Assembly: GCA_039803745.1 (NCBI GenBank) | Contig: JBDRZD010000011.1 | Coordinates: forward strand, 1-35,878 | Source of the DNA: a candidate division WOR-3 bacterium | GTDB taxonomy: Bacteria; Hydrothermota; Hydrothermia; Hydrothermales; Hydrothermaceae | Direction of reading: 5' to 3' | Length of the DNA stretch: 35,878 nucleotides | Part shown: positions 9,081-18,501 of the stretch, piece by piece | Layout: each line of letters opens with the position of its first letter | How positions within the stretch are numbered: the first letter of the stretch is position 1 | Notes under the pieces: generated by a model | What the model was told of the DNA's origin: nothing | Seen by the model: only the letters and a program-made list of their open reading frames with translations | Database searches by the model: none | Program-made: the position numbers and the translations under genes

Positions 9081-10525
9081 CATTTTTTCTTTTCATCTTC
9101 TCAATTTTTTTAGCAATTCTTTCATCAACTCCTTTTTATATATGGCCTTTATCACTCTTCTTTTTATTTCCATTATTTCTGATAATTGAAAAGAAAAGGG
9201 GATTTTTAACTTTCTTTATATTTGGAATTTTCTATTATACATATCATCTTTTCTGGTTAATAAATCTTTCAAAAATAGTCCCTGAAATAAAATATATTTT
9301 ACCGGTTGGTCTATTTTTTTTAATCTTAATAGAATCTTCATTTCTGGGAATCTGTGGAGCACTCTCAAAAAAATTTTTAAATTCAAGAATCTCTTTTATA
9401 TTAATACCTTCATTTTTTACAGGAATTGAATTTTTAAGAACCCTTTTTGAAATTGCCTTTCCCTGGGCACCCTTTTATCTTTCTTGGGTCAAAAATCTCC
9501 CAGGAATACAGATTGTTGAAATAACAGGACCATTTTTCATAACTTTTTTAATAGTTCTTTTAAATTTTATGTTTTATAAGTTTTATAAAACAAGAAACCT
9601 TTCTTATTTTTTTATTTTTATTTTTATACTTTCATTAAATCAAATCTTCGGTAATTTTGTGCTGAGAAAGCCCTTTAAAGGGAAAGAAATTAAAGTTGGA
9701 ATATATCAGCCAAATCTATACCTTTATCTTTCTTATGAAGAAGAAATAAATGAGGGATTCAAAGTTTATAATGAACTTGCTGATAGCATAAGAGGATTTG
9801 AACCACTCATTTCTTTATGGCCTGAATCTTCTTTACCTGGTAATTTAAGATACAATCCATTTGTTTATGGTTATGTGAGAGATTTTGTCACAAAGGAAAG
9901 AACATATCTTTTTATGGGTTCTCAGGATAAAGAAAATGGCAAAATTTATAACACTGTATTTCTTATCTCTCCTTATGGTGAAATAGTTTCAAAATATCAT
10001 AAAGTTCAACTTGTTCCATTTGGTGAAGCAATTCCTTATGATGAAAAGTTTAAATTTTTGAAAAAAATAGATTTTGGTGAAGGAAATTTTTCAAGGGGTA
10101 AAAAACTTGAGCCCTTAAAAGTAAATGAATATCTTTTTGGAGTTCTTATATGTTATGAAAGCATATTTCCTGAATTTTCAAGGAAACTTGTATTAAATGG
10201 AGCACATGCTATTTTAAACTTAACATCTGATGGATGGTATGGAAAAACAATTGGACCAATAGAACATAGGGATTTATTTATTTTCAGAGCAATAGAAACA
10301 AGAAGATATCTTTTAAGGAGTGCAAGAACAGGAATTTCCTGCATTATAGATCCTTATGGAAGAATAATAGAGGAAAGAGGGCTTTTTAAAAAGGGAATAA
10401 TAAAGGGAATAATAAAAGTTCCTGAAAGGGATTATAAGACAATATATGTAAAATATGGTGAAATAACAGGAAGAATAAGTTTATTTATTTTAATTGTTTC
10501 AATAATACTTGCATTAATATTATAG
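9077..10525 (+). CDS. lnt: Apolipoprotein N-acyltransferase
   Basis: N-terminal TM domain; nitrilase triad motifs WPE, YHK..LVPFGE and ICYES; also QPN and RAIE. Confidence 0.95.
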   Translation: MTFFLFIFSIFLAILSSTPFYIWPLSLFFLFPLFLIIEKKRGFLTFFIFGIFYYTYHLFWLINLSKIVPEIKYILPVGLFFLILIESSFLGICGALSKKFLNSRISFILIPSFFTGIEFLRTLFEIAFPWAPFYLSWVKNLPGIQIVEITGPFFITFLIVLLNFMFYKFYKTRNLSYFFIFIFILSLNQIFGNFVLRKPFKGKEIKVGIYQPNLYLYLSYEEEINEGFKVYNELADSIRGFEPLISLWPESSLPGNLRYNPFVYGYVRDFVTKERTYLFMGSQDKENGKIYNTVFLISPYGEIVSKYHKVQLVPFGEAIPYDEKFKFLKKIDFGEGNFSRGKKLEPLKVNEYLFGVLICYESIFPEFSRKLVLNGAHAILNLTSDGWYGKTIGPIEHRDLFIFRAIETRRYLLRSARTGISCIIDPYGRIIEERGLFKKGIIKGIIKVPERDYKTIYVKYGEITGRISLFILIVSIILALIL

Positions 10526-11329
10526 ATTTTGAAATATAAAACCTCTTTTTAGCCCGTTTAAATCATAAATTTCTTTTACCATTTTGAATTTTGAAATCTT
10601 TTTAATTTCTTCTTCAAGAAATGGATGAATTTCAATTGCAAGAAAACCAAATTCCTTTAAAAATTTTTTTCCTTCATCAAATATTTTTTTATAAAATAAA
10701 AGACCGTCTTTTCCTGCAAATATTGCTTCAAATGGCTCTTTTTTAACCTCTTTTGGCAATTTTTTAAATTCGTCTTCCTTTATGTATGGTGGATTTGACA
10801 CAATCAAATCAAACTTTGTTTTGAATGCAGAAAAAAGGTCTGCACATATAATATTTATTTTTAAATTATTTATCTTTGAATTTCTTAATGCTATCTTACA
10901 TGCCTTTTTATTTATATCAATTCCAAAAACTTCTGAATCAGGAAAAAATTTTTTTAAAAAAAGAGCAATACATCCAGAACCTGTTCCAAGATCAAGAATT
11001 CTTTCAGGATAAAATCTTTCTTTTTTTAAAAATTCTATAACCTCTATTAAAAGTGTTTCTGTTTCAGGTCTTGGTATAAAAACTCCTTCCTCAACATAAA
11101 TTTCTAAATCATAAAAGGATACCTTTTTTGTAATATAAGGGACGGGGAAACCATTTTTAATCTTTTTGAAAGCAGATATTATCTCTTTCTCTTTTTTTTC
11201 ATCTATAATAATTTCATCTTTATATATTTCTTTTAATGGAATAGAAAGAAGAGAAGTTAAAATATGATCAATATCATTTTTTTTATAAAATTTTTTTATT
11301 TCTCTTTTTATTTCACTTATCCTTTTCAA
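10520..11329 (-). CDS. prmC: Release factor glutamine methyltransferase
   Basis: Motifs [25 protein letters not shown]; directly downstream of prfA. Confidence 0.95.
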   Translation of the reverse strand: MKRISEIKREIKKFYKKNDIDHILTSLLSIPLKEIYKDEIIIDEKKEKEIISAFKKIKNGFPVPYITKKVSFYDLEIYVEEGVFIPRPETETLLIEVIEFLKKERFYPERILDLGTGSGCIALFLKKFFPDSEVFGIDINKKACKIALRNSKINNLKINIICADLFSAFKTKFDLIVSNPPYIKEDEFKKLPKEVKKEPFEAIFAGKDGLLFYKKIFDEGKKFLKEFGFLAIEIHPFLEEEIKKISKFKMVKEIYDLNGLKRGFIFQNL

Positions 11330-12374
11330 ATTCTATTTCTCTTAATTTTTCTTCCTCTTCCTTTTCTTTCAATTTTTCAATCAATTCATCTATTTTTCCT
11401 TCCAAAATTTCTTCAAGATTATAAAGGGTTAAATTTATTCTATGGTCTGTTACTCTATTCTGTGGAAAATTATAAGTCCTTATCTTTTCGCTTCTTTCCT
11501 GCGTTCCAATCTGACTTTTCCTTTTTTCCCTTATTTCTTTTTCCCTTTTTTCCCTTTCATATTCATAAATTCTTGCCTTTAAAATCCTTAAAGCCTTTGC
11601 CTTATTTTTATGTTGCGACCTTTCATCTTGACACTGGACAACAATACCTGTTGGAATATGAGTTATTCTCACTGCTGAATCAGTGACATTTACATGCTGA
11701 CCACCTGGCCCACTTGCCCTTTTAACTTCTATTTTTAGGTCATTAGGATCTATTTCCACATCAACATCTTCATATTCAGGTAATACAGCAACCGATGCAG
11801 TTGATGTGTGAATCCTTCCAGAAGTTTCTGTAATTGGAATTCTTTGAACCCTGTGAACTCCACTTTCATATTTAAAATTACCATATGCATTTTTACCCTC
11901 TATAAGTAAAACAACTTCTCTTATACCTCCAAGGTCAGTTTCATGGATATTTGTTATTGAAACTTTATAACCTTTACTTTCAGCATATTTTAAATAAATT
12001 TTCATCAAATCTTTTGCAAAAAGAGCAGCCTCTTCCCCGCCTGTGCCTGCTCTTATTTCAAGTATTGCATTTTTTTCATCAAGTGGATCCTTGGGGATTA
12101 AGAGTTTTTTTATTTCTCTTTTAATCTTCTCTCTTTCAACCTCTAACTTCTCTTTTTCCATTTTTATAAATTCGATCATCTCTTTATCTTTTTCCTCTTT
12201 CTCCATATCTTCAATATCTTTTATTTCCTTCTCTATTTTAAAGTATTCTTTTATTTTCTCCTCAAGGGGTTTCAGTTTTTTATACTTTTCAAGTAAAGTA
12301 ATATCCTTGCCTTTAGATTCAACAAGTTTGTTTTCAATTTCCTCAACCATCTTAAGAATTTCCTGAAACTTCAT
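11313..12374 (-). CDS. prfA: Peptide chain release factor 1
   Basis: Motifs [19 protein letters not shown], PxT (PIT), [12 protein letters not shown]. Confidence 0.97.
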   Translation of the reverse strand: MKFQEILKMVEEIENKLVESKGKDITLLEKYKKLKPLEEKIKEYFKIEKEIKDIEDMEKEEKDKEMIEFIKMEKEKLEVEREKIKREIKKLLIPKDPLDEKNAILEIRAGTGGEEAALFAKDLMKIYLKYAESKGYKVSITNIHETDLGGIREVVLLIEGKNAYGNFKYESGVHRVQRIPITETSGRIHTSTASVAVLPEYEDVDVEIDPNDLKIEVKRASGPGGQHVNVTDSAVRITHIPTGIVVQCQDERSQHKNKAKALRILKARIYEYEREKREKEIREKRKSQIGTQERSEKIRTYNFPQNRVTDHRINLTLYNLEEILEGKIDELIEKLKEKEEEEKLREIEFEKDK

Positions 12375-12379
12375 AGAAT

Positions 12380-12967
12380 TTAAAGAATTTTAAGTAAAGA
12401 ATTTTTATAATTATCTAACTTCTGCTCATTTATACTTCTTATTTCTTCATTCTCTTCTTCAAGGATCCCCTTCAATTTATAAATCTCAATCAACTCTTTT
12501 AATTTATCTTCTTTTATTCCTGTAAAAATAGAAATTTTTGTAATATTACATGGGAGGAGTTTCTCACGATTTATCCATTTCAAAAAACTTAAGAACCTTA
12601 ATTCTTCTGGGCTGATTGATAAAAATTTTATTTGCTCATCTGCTATTCTCAATCTTTCAATTAATGTGTTTATGAGATATTCAATGAAAGGATTTTGCCT
12701 TATATATTCAATCAGTGCCTCTTTATTCATTATTCTTAAAACAGTATCTTTTAAAGCCCTTGCAGATGCCGAACGAGGTTTTCCATCAAGAACAGACATT
12801 TCTCCAAAAACTTCCCCTTTTTTTAAAATTGCAATTACTTTTTCTTTACCCTCAATTTCCTTAAATATTTCTACCTCTCCCTCTTCTATTAAATAAATTT
12901 CATCTCCTATTTCACCTTCCTTAAATATTGTTTCACCTTCAAGAAACTCTCTCTCGTATACTTTCAT
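12380..12967 (-). CDS. Crp/Fnr-like cyclic-nucleotide-binding protein
   Basis: IFKEGE.GD..Y.I..G.V and phosphate-binding cassette GEVFGEMS...PRSASARA; probable C-terminal winged helix. Confidence 0.85.
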   Translation of the reverse strand: MKVYEREFLEGETIFKEGEIGDEIYLIEEGEVEIFKEIEGKEKVIAILKKGEVFGEMSVLDGKPRSASARALKDTVLRIMNKEALIEYIRQNPFIEYLINTLIERLRIADEQIKFLSISPEELRFLSFLKWINREKLLPCNITKISIFTGIKEDKLKELIEIYKLKGILEEENEEIRSINEQKLDNYKNSLLKIL

Positions 12968-14088
12968 TCTTCAATTATCTCCACATTCGCTCTTGGAATA
13001 ATTACAACATTACCATCATCAAGTTCAACTTCAACAATTCTAACCTTTGATTCAGTATCAATCTCTCTGAGTTCTGGCGGAAGAGATTTCACTTTACCTA
13101 TTCTTCCAAAGTATGGTTCTCTTATTATCCTTACTAAAGTCCCTATATTCATTCCCTCTTTTAAAGATTCATCCTCTTCCTGAATTTTTGTTCTTTCATT
13201 ATGAGAAACAATTATTTCTGGTCTTATAACTCCTGCTCTTATCTGTGTTGCACCATTACAGGAAGCCTTTTTACCATCAAGTTCTTGAAGAAGTTCAAAT
13301 GTTCTCTTTGCCATCTTCATTTTCCCAAAACCTTCTGTAATTATTAAAGTTAAACCAGTATTTTCTGAACCAGTTATTGCAACCCCTATATCATAACCAA
13401 GGAACTTTTTCAAATTCATATCATCTATTCCGCCAACAACAATACCCTTTGCTCCTTTCTTTTTCGCTTCTTCAATAGCCTCTTTTGTTATAAAGGAACC
13501 CCCAACAAGTATTTTGCCATTTATATCATCAGGAATTTTTTCAGGGGTAAGTTCTTCTTCTGGTGAATCAACAACCAATTTTAGAATACCTATTACTTCA
13601 CCACCCACACCAAAAATACCTTGAATGAAACTTGCAGTTGTTTCAACAACAACACCTTCATTCTCAATTATATCTATTACTTCACCATCAATATACGCAA
13701 GAACTTCAACAGGAATCGGATTTTCCCTTATTATAACCTGCCCTGTAACAGAAGAGATTGATTCTATTATTCCATCACAGGGAGAAACAACTTTATTTTT
13801 AAAAAGACCGAATACTCCTTTTGTCTCAGCAATAATTTCACCCTTTTTAATCTTATCCCCTTCTTTTTTTATCATAAAGGAGATAAGTTCTGATGGTGAA
13901 ACACCCAGAAGTCCTGCAACATTAACTGGATGAACATTCCCTGGAATATCTGCCTTTGCCACCACATCTTCAGCTTTCACCCTTTGTCCTTTTGAAACTA
14001 TCACCTTTCCAGGAAGTGGCAACCTTCTTTCCTTTCTGACTAAAGTTTTTCTTGCAACTTTTAACCCCGGAGTATAAGCGTGTGCCAT
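12964..14088 (-). CDS. Conserved-looking hypothetical protein with barrel-sandwich-hybrid-like repeats and a C-terminal KOW-like motif
   Basis: 374-aa ORF: V.KGQRV...DVVA, KEGDKIKKGEIIAE...VVSPCDGII, and C-terminal IGTLVRIIREPYFGRIGKV. Confidence 0.75.
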   Translation of the reverse strand: MAHAYTPGLKVARKTLVRKERRLPLPGKVIVSKGQRVKAEDVVAKADIPGNVHPVNVAGLLGVSPSELISFMIKKEGDKIKKGEIIAETKGVFGLFKNKVVSPCDGIIESISSVTGQVIIRENPIPVEVLAYIDGEVIDIIENEGVVVETTASFIQGIFGVGGEVIGILKLVVDSPEEELTPEKIPDDINGKILVGGSFITKEAIEEAKKKGAKGIVVGGIDDMNLKKFLGYDIGVAITGSENTGLTLIITEGFGKMKMAKRTFELLQELDGKKASCNGATQIRAGVIRPEIIVSHNERTKIQEEDESLKEGMNIGTLVRIIREPYFGRIGKVKSLPPELREIDTESKVRIVEVELDDGNVVIIPRANVEIIEE

Positions 14089-14099
14089 AATAAATTCTA

Positions 14100-14185
14100 T
14101 GCCGGGGGAGGGACTCGAACCCTCATGGGAATTACTTCCCAGTGGATTTTAAGTCCACAGCGTCTACCTCTTCCGCCACCCCGGC
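14100..14185 (-). tRNA. tRNA-Leu(UAA), long variable arm, CCA not encoded
   Basis: Reverse complement GCCGGGGTGGCGGAAGAGGTAGACGCT-GTGGA-CTTAAAA-TCCAC-TGGGAAGTAATTCCCAT-GAGGGTTCGAGTCCCTC-CCCCGGC-A; all stems pair. Confidence 0.97.
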
Positions 14186-14196
14186 TGAACATGTTA

Positions 14197-14226
14197 ATTA
14201 TAAAATTTTAACATAAAAAACTTCAA
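14197..14226 (-). promoter_or_regulatory. Putative tRNA promoter TTGAAG-N18-TATAAT
   Basis: Plus-strand CTTCAA 14221-14226 and ATTATA 14197-14202; the -10 lies 11 nt upstream of the tRNA 5' end. Confidence 0.55.
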
Positions 14227-15143
14227 ATTCTCTTTCTCAAAATTACCCTCACAAAAGATGGTGATAATTCCTCAATATTTATCTCTTCAGGATAAAAAAT
14301 TTTAGGTGGTATATAATACTCCCCTTCTCCAAATCCTGTAAGATTTATTATGACGGTTATTTTTTCAGGGTCTAAATCTTCAATTCTGGTTTTTGCTCCA
14401 CTAAATTTTATTTTTATTTTCTTTGGCTCAATATCCGTATCATATTCTTCACTTGTAATTATAATTATCTCCTTTTCTATTTCTTTAAATTTCCTTTCTT
14501 CTATTTCAACATAAACTCTTAGAGAAGATGGGCTGACATTTACAAGGGTTGAAGGGGGTAAGATTTGTAAATAATCATAAAAAGAAAATTTTTTACCAGA
14601 AACATCCAGCTCTTTACATTTTACTTCATCTATCTTTTCTACAACACTCTTAGGACCTGTTATCACCACTTCTTTTTCTTCTGGAACAATTTTCAAAATA
14701 TCATAACCTTCCCTTGGCTTCCCCGTATGTTCTATTTTAACTTTTACTCTTTTATTCCCTTTCTTTTCAAGATTCAAATTTATAAATTTTTGATTTAAAA
14801 TTATTTTATTAACTTTTATATCTCCACTTATTTTAATATCACTTTCTTTTATACTAAGAACATTTTTTCCTTCTTTCACTTCCTTTAAATTTAAATAAAC
14901 TTTAGGTTTTGAAAAGTAAAGTTTTAAAAGGTCTTTCCCTTTTCCCTCAAAATAGACTTTAATTTTTTTGATAGGAACTTCTCTAAATGTAATATCAGAA
15001 GGCACTTCTTCATACTCTAAAATTACATCTCTTTCAGCAACATATGTTTTTTCTGTTGCGGAATGAAACCATAAAATTGCTGCAATTAAAAGAGAAAAAA
15101 TCTTTAATACAAAATCTTCAAAGATAAACTTTATTATATTCAC
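14223..15143 (-). CDS. YbbR-domain (CdaR-like) membrane-anchored protein
   Basis: N-terminal 'LKIFSLLIAAILWF' TM followed by repeated beta-rich units (G.P.EGY...P..V.ITGP; P..I.I...G). Confidence 0.8.
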   Translation of the reverse strand: MNIIKFIFEDFVLKIFSLLIAAILWFHSATEKTYVAERDVILEYEEVPSDITFREVPIKKIKVYFEGKGKDLLKLYFSKPKVYLNLKEVKEGKNVLSIKESDIKISGDIKVNKIILNQKFINLNLEKKGNKRVKVKIEHTGKPREGYDILKIVPEEKEVVITGPKSVVEKIDEVKCKELDVSGKKFSFYDYLQILPPSTLVNVSPSSLRVYVEIEERKFKEIEKEIIIITSEEYDTDIEPKKIKIKFSGAKTRIEDLDPEKITVIINLTGFGEGEYYIPPKIFYPEEINIEELSPSFVRVILRKRI

Positions 15144-15760
15144 TTCTTTTTCTTAAAAAATCCCATGAATCCCTTTCCTTCTTTTTCCTCTTCTTTCTTT
15201 TCCTTTTTTTCTTCAACAGGTTTTTGTTTTAACCTTATAAGTCCTGAAGTTGCAAGGCCATAAAATATTTTAGCAGTTTCAAAGGGCTCCATATTTAAAT
15301 ACTCTGCCACTTCTCTAACACTTTTTTTCCCATCAATTCTTGAAAGTATCTTCCACTCATTCTGCCTCAGCTCAATCTCCTCCACATCAGTATCAGGATT
15401 TGGCTCTATTTCAAAAATCGCATCCATTGAAGGAACAACCTTTTCTATAACCTTCCATTCATCAATCTTTCTGGCTATCTCAAGCAAAAGGTTTGGAATA
15501 GGTAGATTTATAGTATTCTTTTGAGATTTAACATCTTTTAAGAATTCAAAAGTTCCTTCCTTCCATTGCATTATTTTCGCCATCGCAATTTCACCCTCTT
15601 CCTCCCCAAGTTCAACATGCCTGATTATACCATTTTCCACATATATTACACCTTCACCCATTGGCGAAGATATTTTAAGTGCTCCATTTTTTAAACTCAT
15701 ATGAAGAAGTTGAAGCAAATCACCAAGTTCAAAATCTTTTAAATTCCCTCTCAGTGTCAT
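15140..15760 (-). CDS. DUF4388 (PatA-N-like) domain protein with a C-terminal winged helix
   Basis: LRGNLKDFELGDLLQLL....KNGAL, G.I....G.I.H, W.EG.FEF, LLLE.AR..DEW, EW..L...DG..SV. Confidence 0.85.
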   Translation of the reverse strand: MTLRGNLKDFELGDLLQLLHMSLKNGALKISSPMGEGVIYVENGIIRHVELGEEEGEIAMAKIMQWKEGTFEFLKDVKSQKNTINLPIPNLLLEIARKIDEWKVIEKVVPSMDAIFEIEPNPDTDVEEIELRQNEWKILSRIDGKKSVREVAEYLNMEPFETAKIFYGLATSGLIRLKQKPVEEKKEKKEEEKEGKGFMGFFKKKK

Positions 15761-16701
15761 TTCAATTTAAAAAAACCAATATTTCTAAATCTTTCCCTTC
15801 TTTCTTTTATTATTTCTTCAATATCTTTATTTTTCAATTCATTTAAATCCCTTATAATTACTTCCTTTATTCTCTTTGCAGTTAAATCTGGATCTCTATG
15901 AGCACCACCTTCAGGCTCCTTTATTATGTCATCTATTATTTTAAAAGTTTTTAAAAAATTGCTTGTCAATTTTAATGCTTCTGCAGCCCTGTCTGCCTTT
16001 TTACTATCCCTCCATAATATTGAAGCACAACCTTCCGGTGAAATTACAGAATATATAGAATATTCAAGTGCATAAATCCTATCGCCTACAGCAATTGCCA
16101 AAGCACCTCCTGAGCCTCCTTCTCCTATTATAAAAACAATTATTGGAACTCTTAATTTTAACATTTCAAATATATTAAATGCAATTGCCCATGCCTGTCC
16201 CCTTTCCTCTGCTCCTATACCTGGATATGCTCCGGGTGTATCAACCAAAGTTATAACTGGAAAAGAAAATTTTTCTGCAATTTTGAAAACCCTTAATGCC
16301 TTTCTATAACCTTCTGGATGAGGCATACCGAAATTCCTAAATGTCCTTTCTTTTGTCCCTCTGCCCTTTTCCTGGCCAATACATACTACTTTAAAATCTT
16401 CTATCCTCCCTATCCCTGCAATTATTGCAGGATCATCTCCAAAAACCCTGTCTCCATGTAGTTCAAAAAAATCATCAAAAATTTTTTCAATTATATCCTT
16501 TGAATGGGGTCTATCAGGGTGTCTTGCAAGTTGAACAATTTCCCATGCACCTAAATTTGAGAATATTTTTTTTATAAGAATTTTTTTTCTCTCTTCAAGT
16601 GCGTCAAGTTCTTCTTTGAATTCTGGATGTTCTAAGAGAATATCCCTTAATTCTTTAATCCTTTTACTCACTTCTTCAATTTTTTTCTCAAATTCCAGCA
16701 T
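15757..16701 (-). CDS. accA: Acetyl-CoA carboxylase carboxyltransferase alpha subunit
   Basis: Motifs LEFEK, VQLARHPDRP, ELHGDR, NFGMP.PEGYRKA, DTPGAYPG, GEGGSGGA, YSVISPEG. Confidence 0.97.
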   Translation of the reverse strand: MLEFEKKIEEVSKRIKELRDILLEHPEFKEELDALEERKKILIKKIFSNLGAWEIVQLARHPDRPHSKDIIEKIFDDFFELHGDRVFGDDPAIIAGIGRIEDFKVVCIGQEKGRGTKERTFRNFGMPHPEGYRKALRVFKIAEKFSFPVITLVDTPGAYPGIGAEERGQAWAIAFNIFEMLKLRVPIIVFIIGEGGSGGALAIAVGDRIYALEYSIYSVISPEGCASILWRDSKKADRAAEALKLTSNFLKTFKIIDDIIKEPEGGAHRDPDLTAKRIKEVIIRDLNELKNKDIEEIIKERRERFRNIGFFKLK

Positions 16702-17518
16702 TTGTAATTCCTATATAGTGGAGATCATCAAAAAAACTTGAAGGTTTATAAGAATATCTTAAATTAATAAAAGGAAATATAATTTCAAATCCAAAAGAAA
16801 AGAAACCGAGATCTTGTGGATAGGAAAAGCTTACAAGCAAATTAATATTTTTTATTATATTATAGGAAATAGCAAAATTAAAGTTATTATCCAAGTCTTC
16901 TTTTCCCCATAAACCCTTTTTATAATTTATCTTTGAGATAAAATTTCTATACGAAATTTCAAGATTCATAAAAAATAAAAAGGGCTCTGAATAATATCTT
17001 TTATCAAATTTTGACGCAATTCCAAAATTTCTTATACCTCCTTCTGCTTTTAAAAATTTGAATCTTAAAGGTTTAAAAAATAAAAAGAAATCAAAAAGAA
17101 TATTTTTTGAAGTGTATTCATGAATTACAGAATAAATATATTTCGCGCCTAAATTTAAATGAAGTTCTGGATCAATTTTTAAAGAATAATAAACTCCTGA
17201 TAGAATGGAAAGGGGCTTATAATAAAATACTGGCTCATTTGAGGCTTTTTCATAATATTCAAATCTTCCAAAATCAAAATAGGAGATTGAAGCTCCTAAT
17301 TTTATCTTTTTATTATAATAGGTGAAATGATAAATTCTTGAATCAATAATCCAATCGCAAAGTGAAAAAAGAAGAATATCTTTCTTTGCCTCCTCAAATT
17401 TTGAAATACTTGTTTCAAATAAAGAAATTTCTTTTACGCCTAAAAGTCCGAAGGGTTCTGAAGGAATTAAAATCTCATTATGAATAAAAGAAGAAAAGAT
17501 TAAAAACAAAAAAATCAT
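16688..17518 (-). CDS. Outer-membrane beta-barrel protein, divergent PorV/PorQ-like
   Basis: Short hydrophobic N-terminus; 'W..D...', 'LGASISYFDFGRFE', 'LNLGAKYIYS.I..Y', 'FD', 'RNFG', 'FSFGF', 'RYSY' follow the layout of that family. Confidence 0.55.
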   Translation of the reverse strand: MIFLFLIFSSFIHNEILIPSEPFGLLGVKEISLFETSISKFEEAKKDILLFSLCDWIIDSRIYHFTYYNKKIKLGASISYFDFGRFEYYEKASNEPVFYYKPLSILSGVYYSLKIDPELHLNLGAKYIYSVIHEYTSKNILFDFFLFFKPLRFKFLKAEGGIRNFGIASKFDKRYYSEPFLFFMNLEISYRNFISKINYKKGLWGKEDLDNNFNFAISYNIIKNINLLVSFSYPQDLGFFSFGFEIIFPFINLRYSYKPSSFFDDLHYIGITNAGI

Positions 17519-18501
17519 TTTTCCTCCAAATATTTTTCAATAATCTTTATCCCCCATTTTATATCCCTTATATCAGCGACCTCAACAGGTGTATGCATAT
17601 ATCTTATAGGAATTGAGATAAGACCGCATGGAATTCCTTCCCTTAAAAGACTGACCCTGTCAACTTCAGTACCTGTTCTTCCGGCTAAAACTTCAATTTG
17701 GTAAGGAATTTTATATTTTTTACATATTTTAATTAAACTTTCACTTATTCTTTTATCAATGAAAGGGCCCATCCCTATTGCAGGTCCTTTACCAATTTCA
17801 ATGTCTTCTTTATTATAAAAGGAACTGGAAAAAGTTGTATCTATAACAATACATTCATCAGGATAAATCTCAAAGGCATTTACCATCGCTCCAATTGCTC
17901 CTGTTTCCTCCTGCGTACTTAAAAGGAAAAAAAGTTTTTTATGATAAAGTTTTTTTCTTATTTTTTCAATGAGGAGAAGAATTAGAGAAACACTTATCCT
18001 GTTGTCAAGGGATTTTGAAAAGAATGCATTTTTGTTTAAAATTCCAAAGTTTTCTTTAAATACAATTATATCACCTGTATTAATTCCCAGTTTACCGGCA
18101 TCCTCTCCAAAATCAACAAAAATTTCTTTTTCTTTTATTTCCTCTTTTAAATGAGGAGGAATACTTCCAATAATACCTTCTATTATTTCCCCATTATTTT
18201 TTATTAAAACAACTTCCTGCCCATAAAGGATTTTTTTATCAATTCCATGTGTTTCAATTAATCCAAAGCTACCCTTTATTTTTTTAATATACATATAAAC
18301 CTCATCAACATGAGCAGTTATCATTATCTTTTTCTTTCCTTTACCATTTTTTATTCCGAGCAGATTTCCCATTTTATCTATTCTAATTTCATCAAGATAT
18401 TCTTGCATTTTGTCTTTAATTTTTTCAACAAAGAATCTTTCGTAACCAGAAGGCATTGGAAATGAAGTAATCTCTTTAATAAGGCTTAATATCTTATTCA
18501 T
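17515..18501 (-). CDS. M42 family metallo-aminopeptidase
   Basis: Motifs SGYE, D.MGN, AHVDE, KSLDNR, QEE.G, D.T, PIRYMHTPVE. Confidence 0.9.
   Translation of the reverse strand: MNKILSLIKEITSFPMPSGYERFFVEKIKDKMQEYLDEIRIDKMGNLLGIKNGKGKKKIMITAHVDEVYMYIKKIKGSFGLIETHGIDKKILYGQEVVLIKNNGEIIEGIIGSIPPHLKEEIKEKEIFVDFGEDAGKLGINTGDIIVFKENFGILNKNAFFSKSLDNRISVSLILLLIEKIRKKLYHKKLFFLLSTQEETGAIGAMVNAFEIYPDECIVIDTTFSSSFYNKEDIEIGKGPAIGMGPFIDKRISESLIKICKKYKIPYQIEVLAGRTGTEVDRVSLLREGIPCGLISIPIRYMHTPVEVADIRDIKWGIKIIEKYLEEK

Noticed and set aside
11313..12374. Programmed frameshift in the release factor gene
   Set aside because: This is RF1 (PxT motif) with a continuous ORF; the frameshift is a prfB feature.
10782..13933. 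Plus-strand ORFs antisense to prmC, prfA, crp and the KOW-protein gene (for example 11264-11686, 12043-12366, 13625-13933)
   Set aside because: Phe/Ser/Ile-rich shadows of Lys/Glu-rich genes with no motifs. The same applies to the other short nested ORFs in the track.
14100..14185. tRNA as an island integration site
   Set aside because: No duplicated tRNA 3' end was seen in the window and there is no neighbouring integrase.
14206..14233. TTATGTTAAAA (minus) as the XerD arm of dif
   Set aside because: The corresponding XerC arm (AGAGAATTTGA) does not mirror it; the match is plausible by chance in AT-rich DNA.
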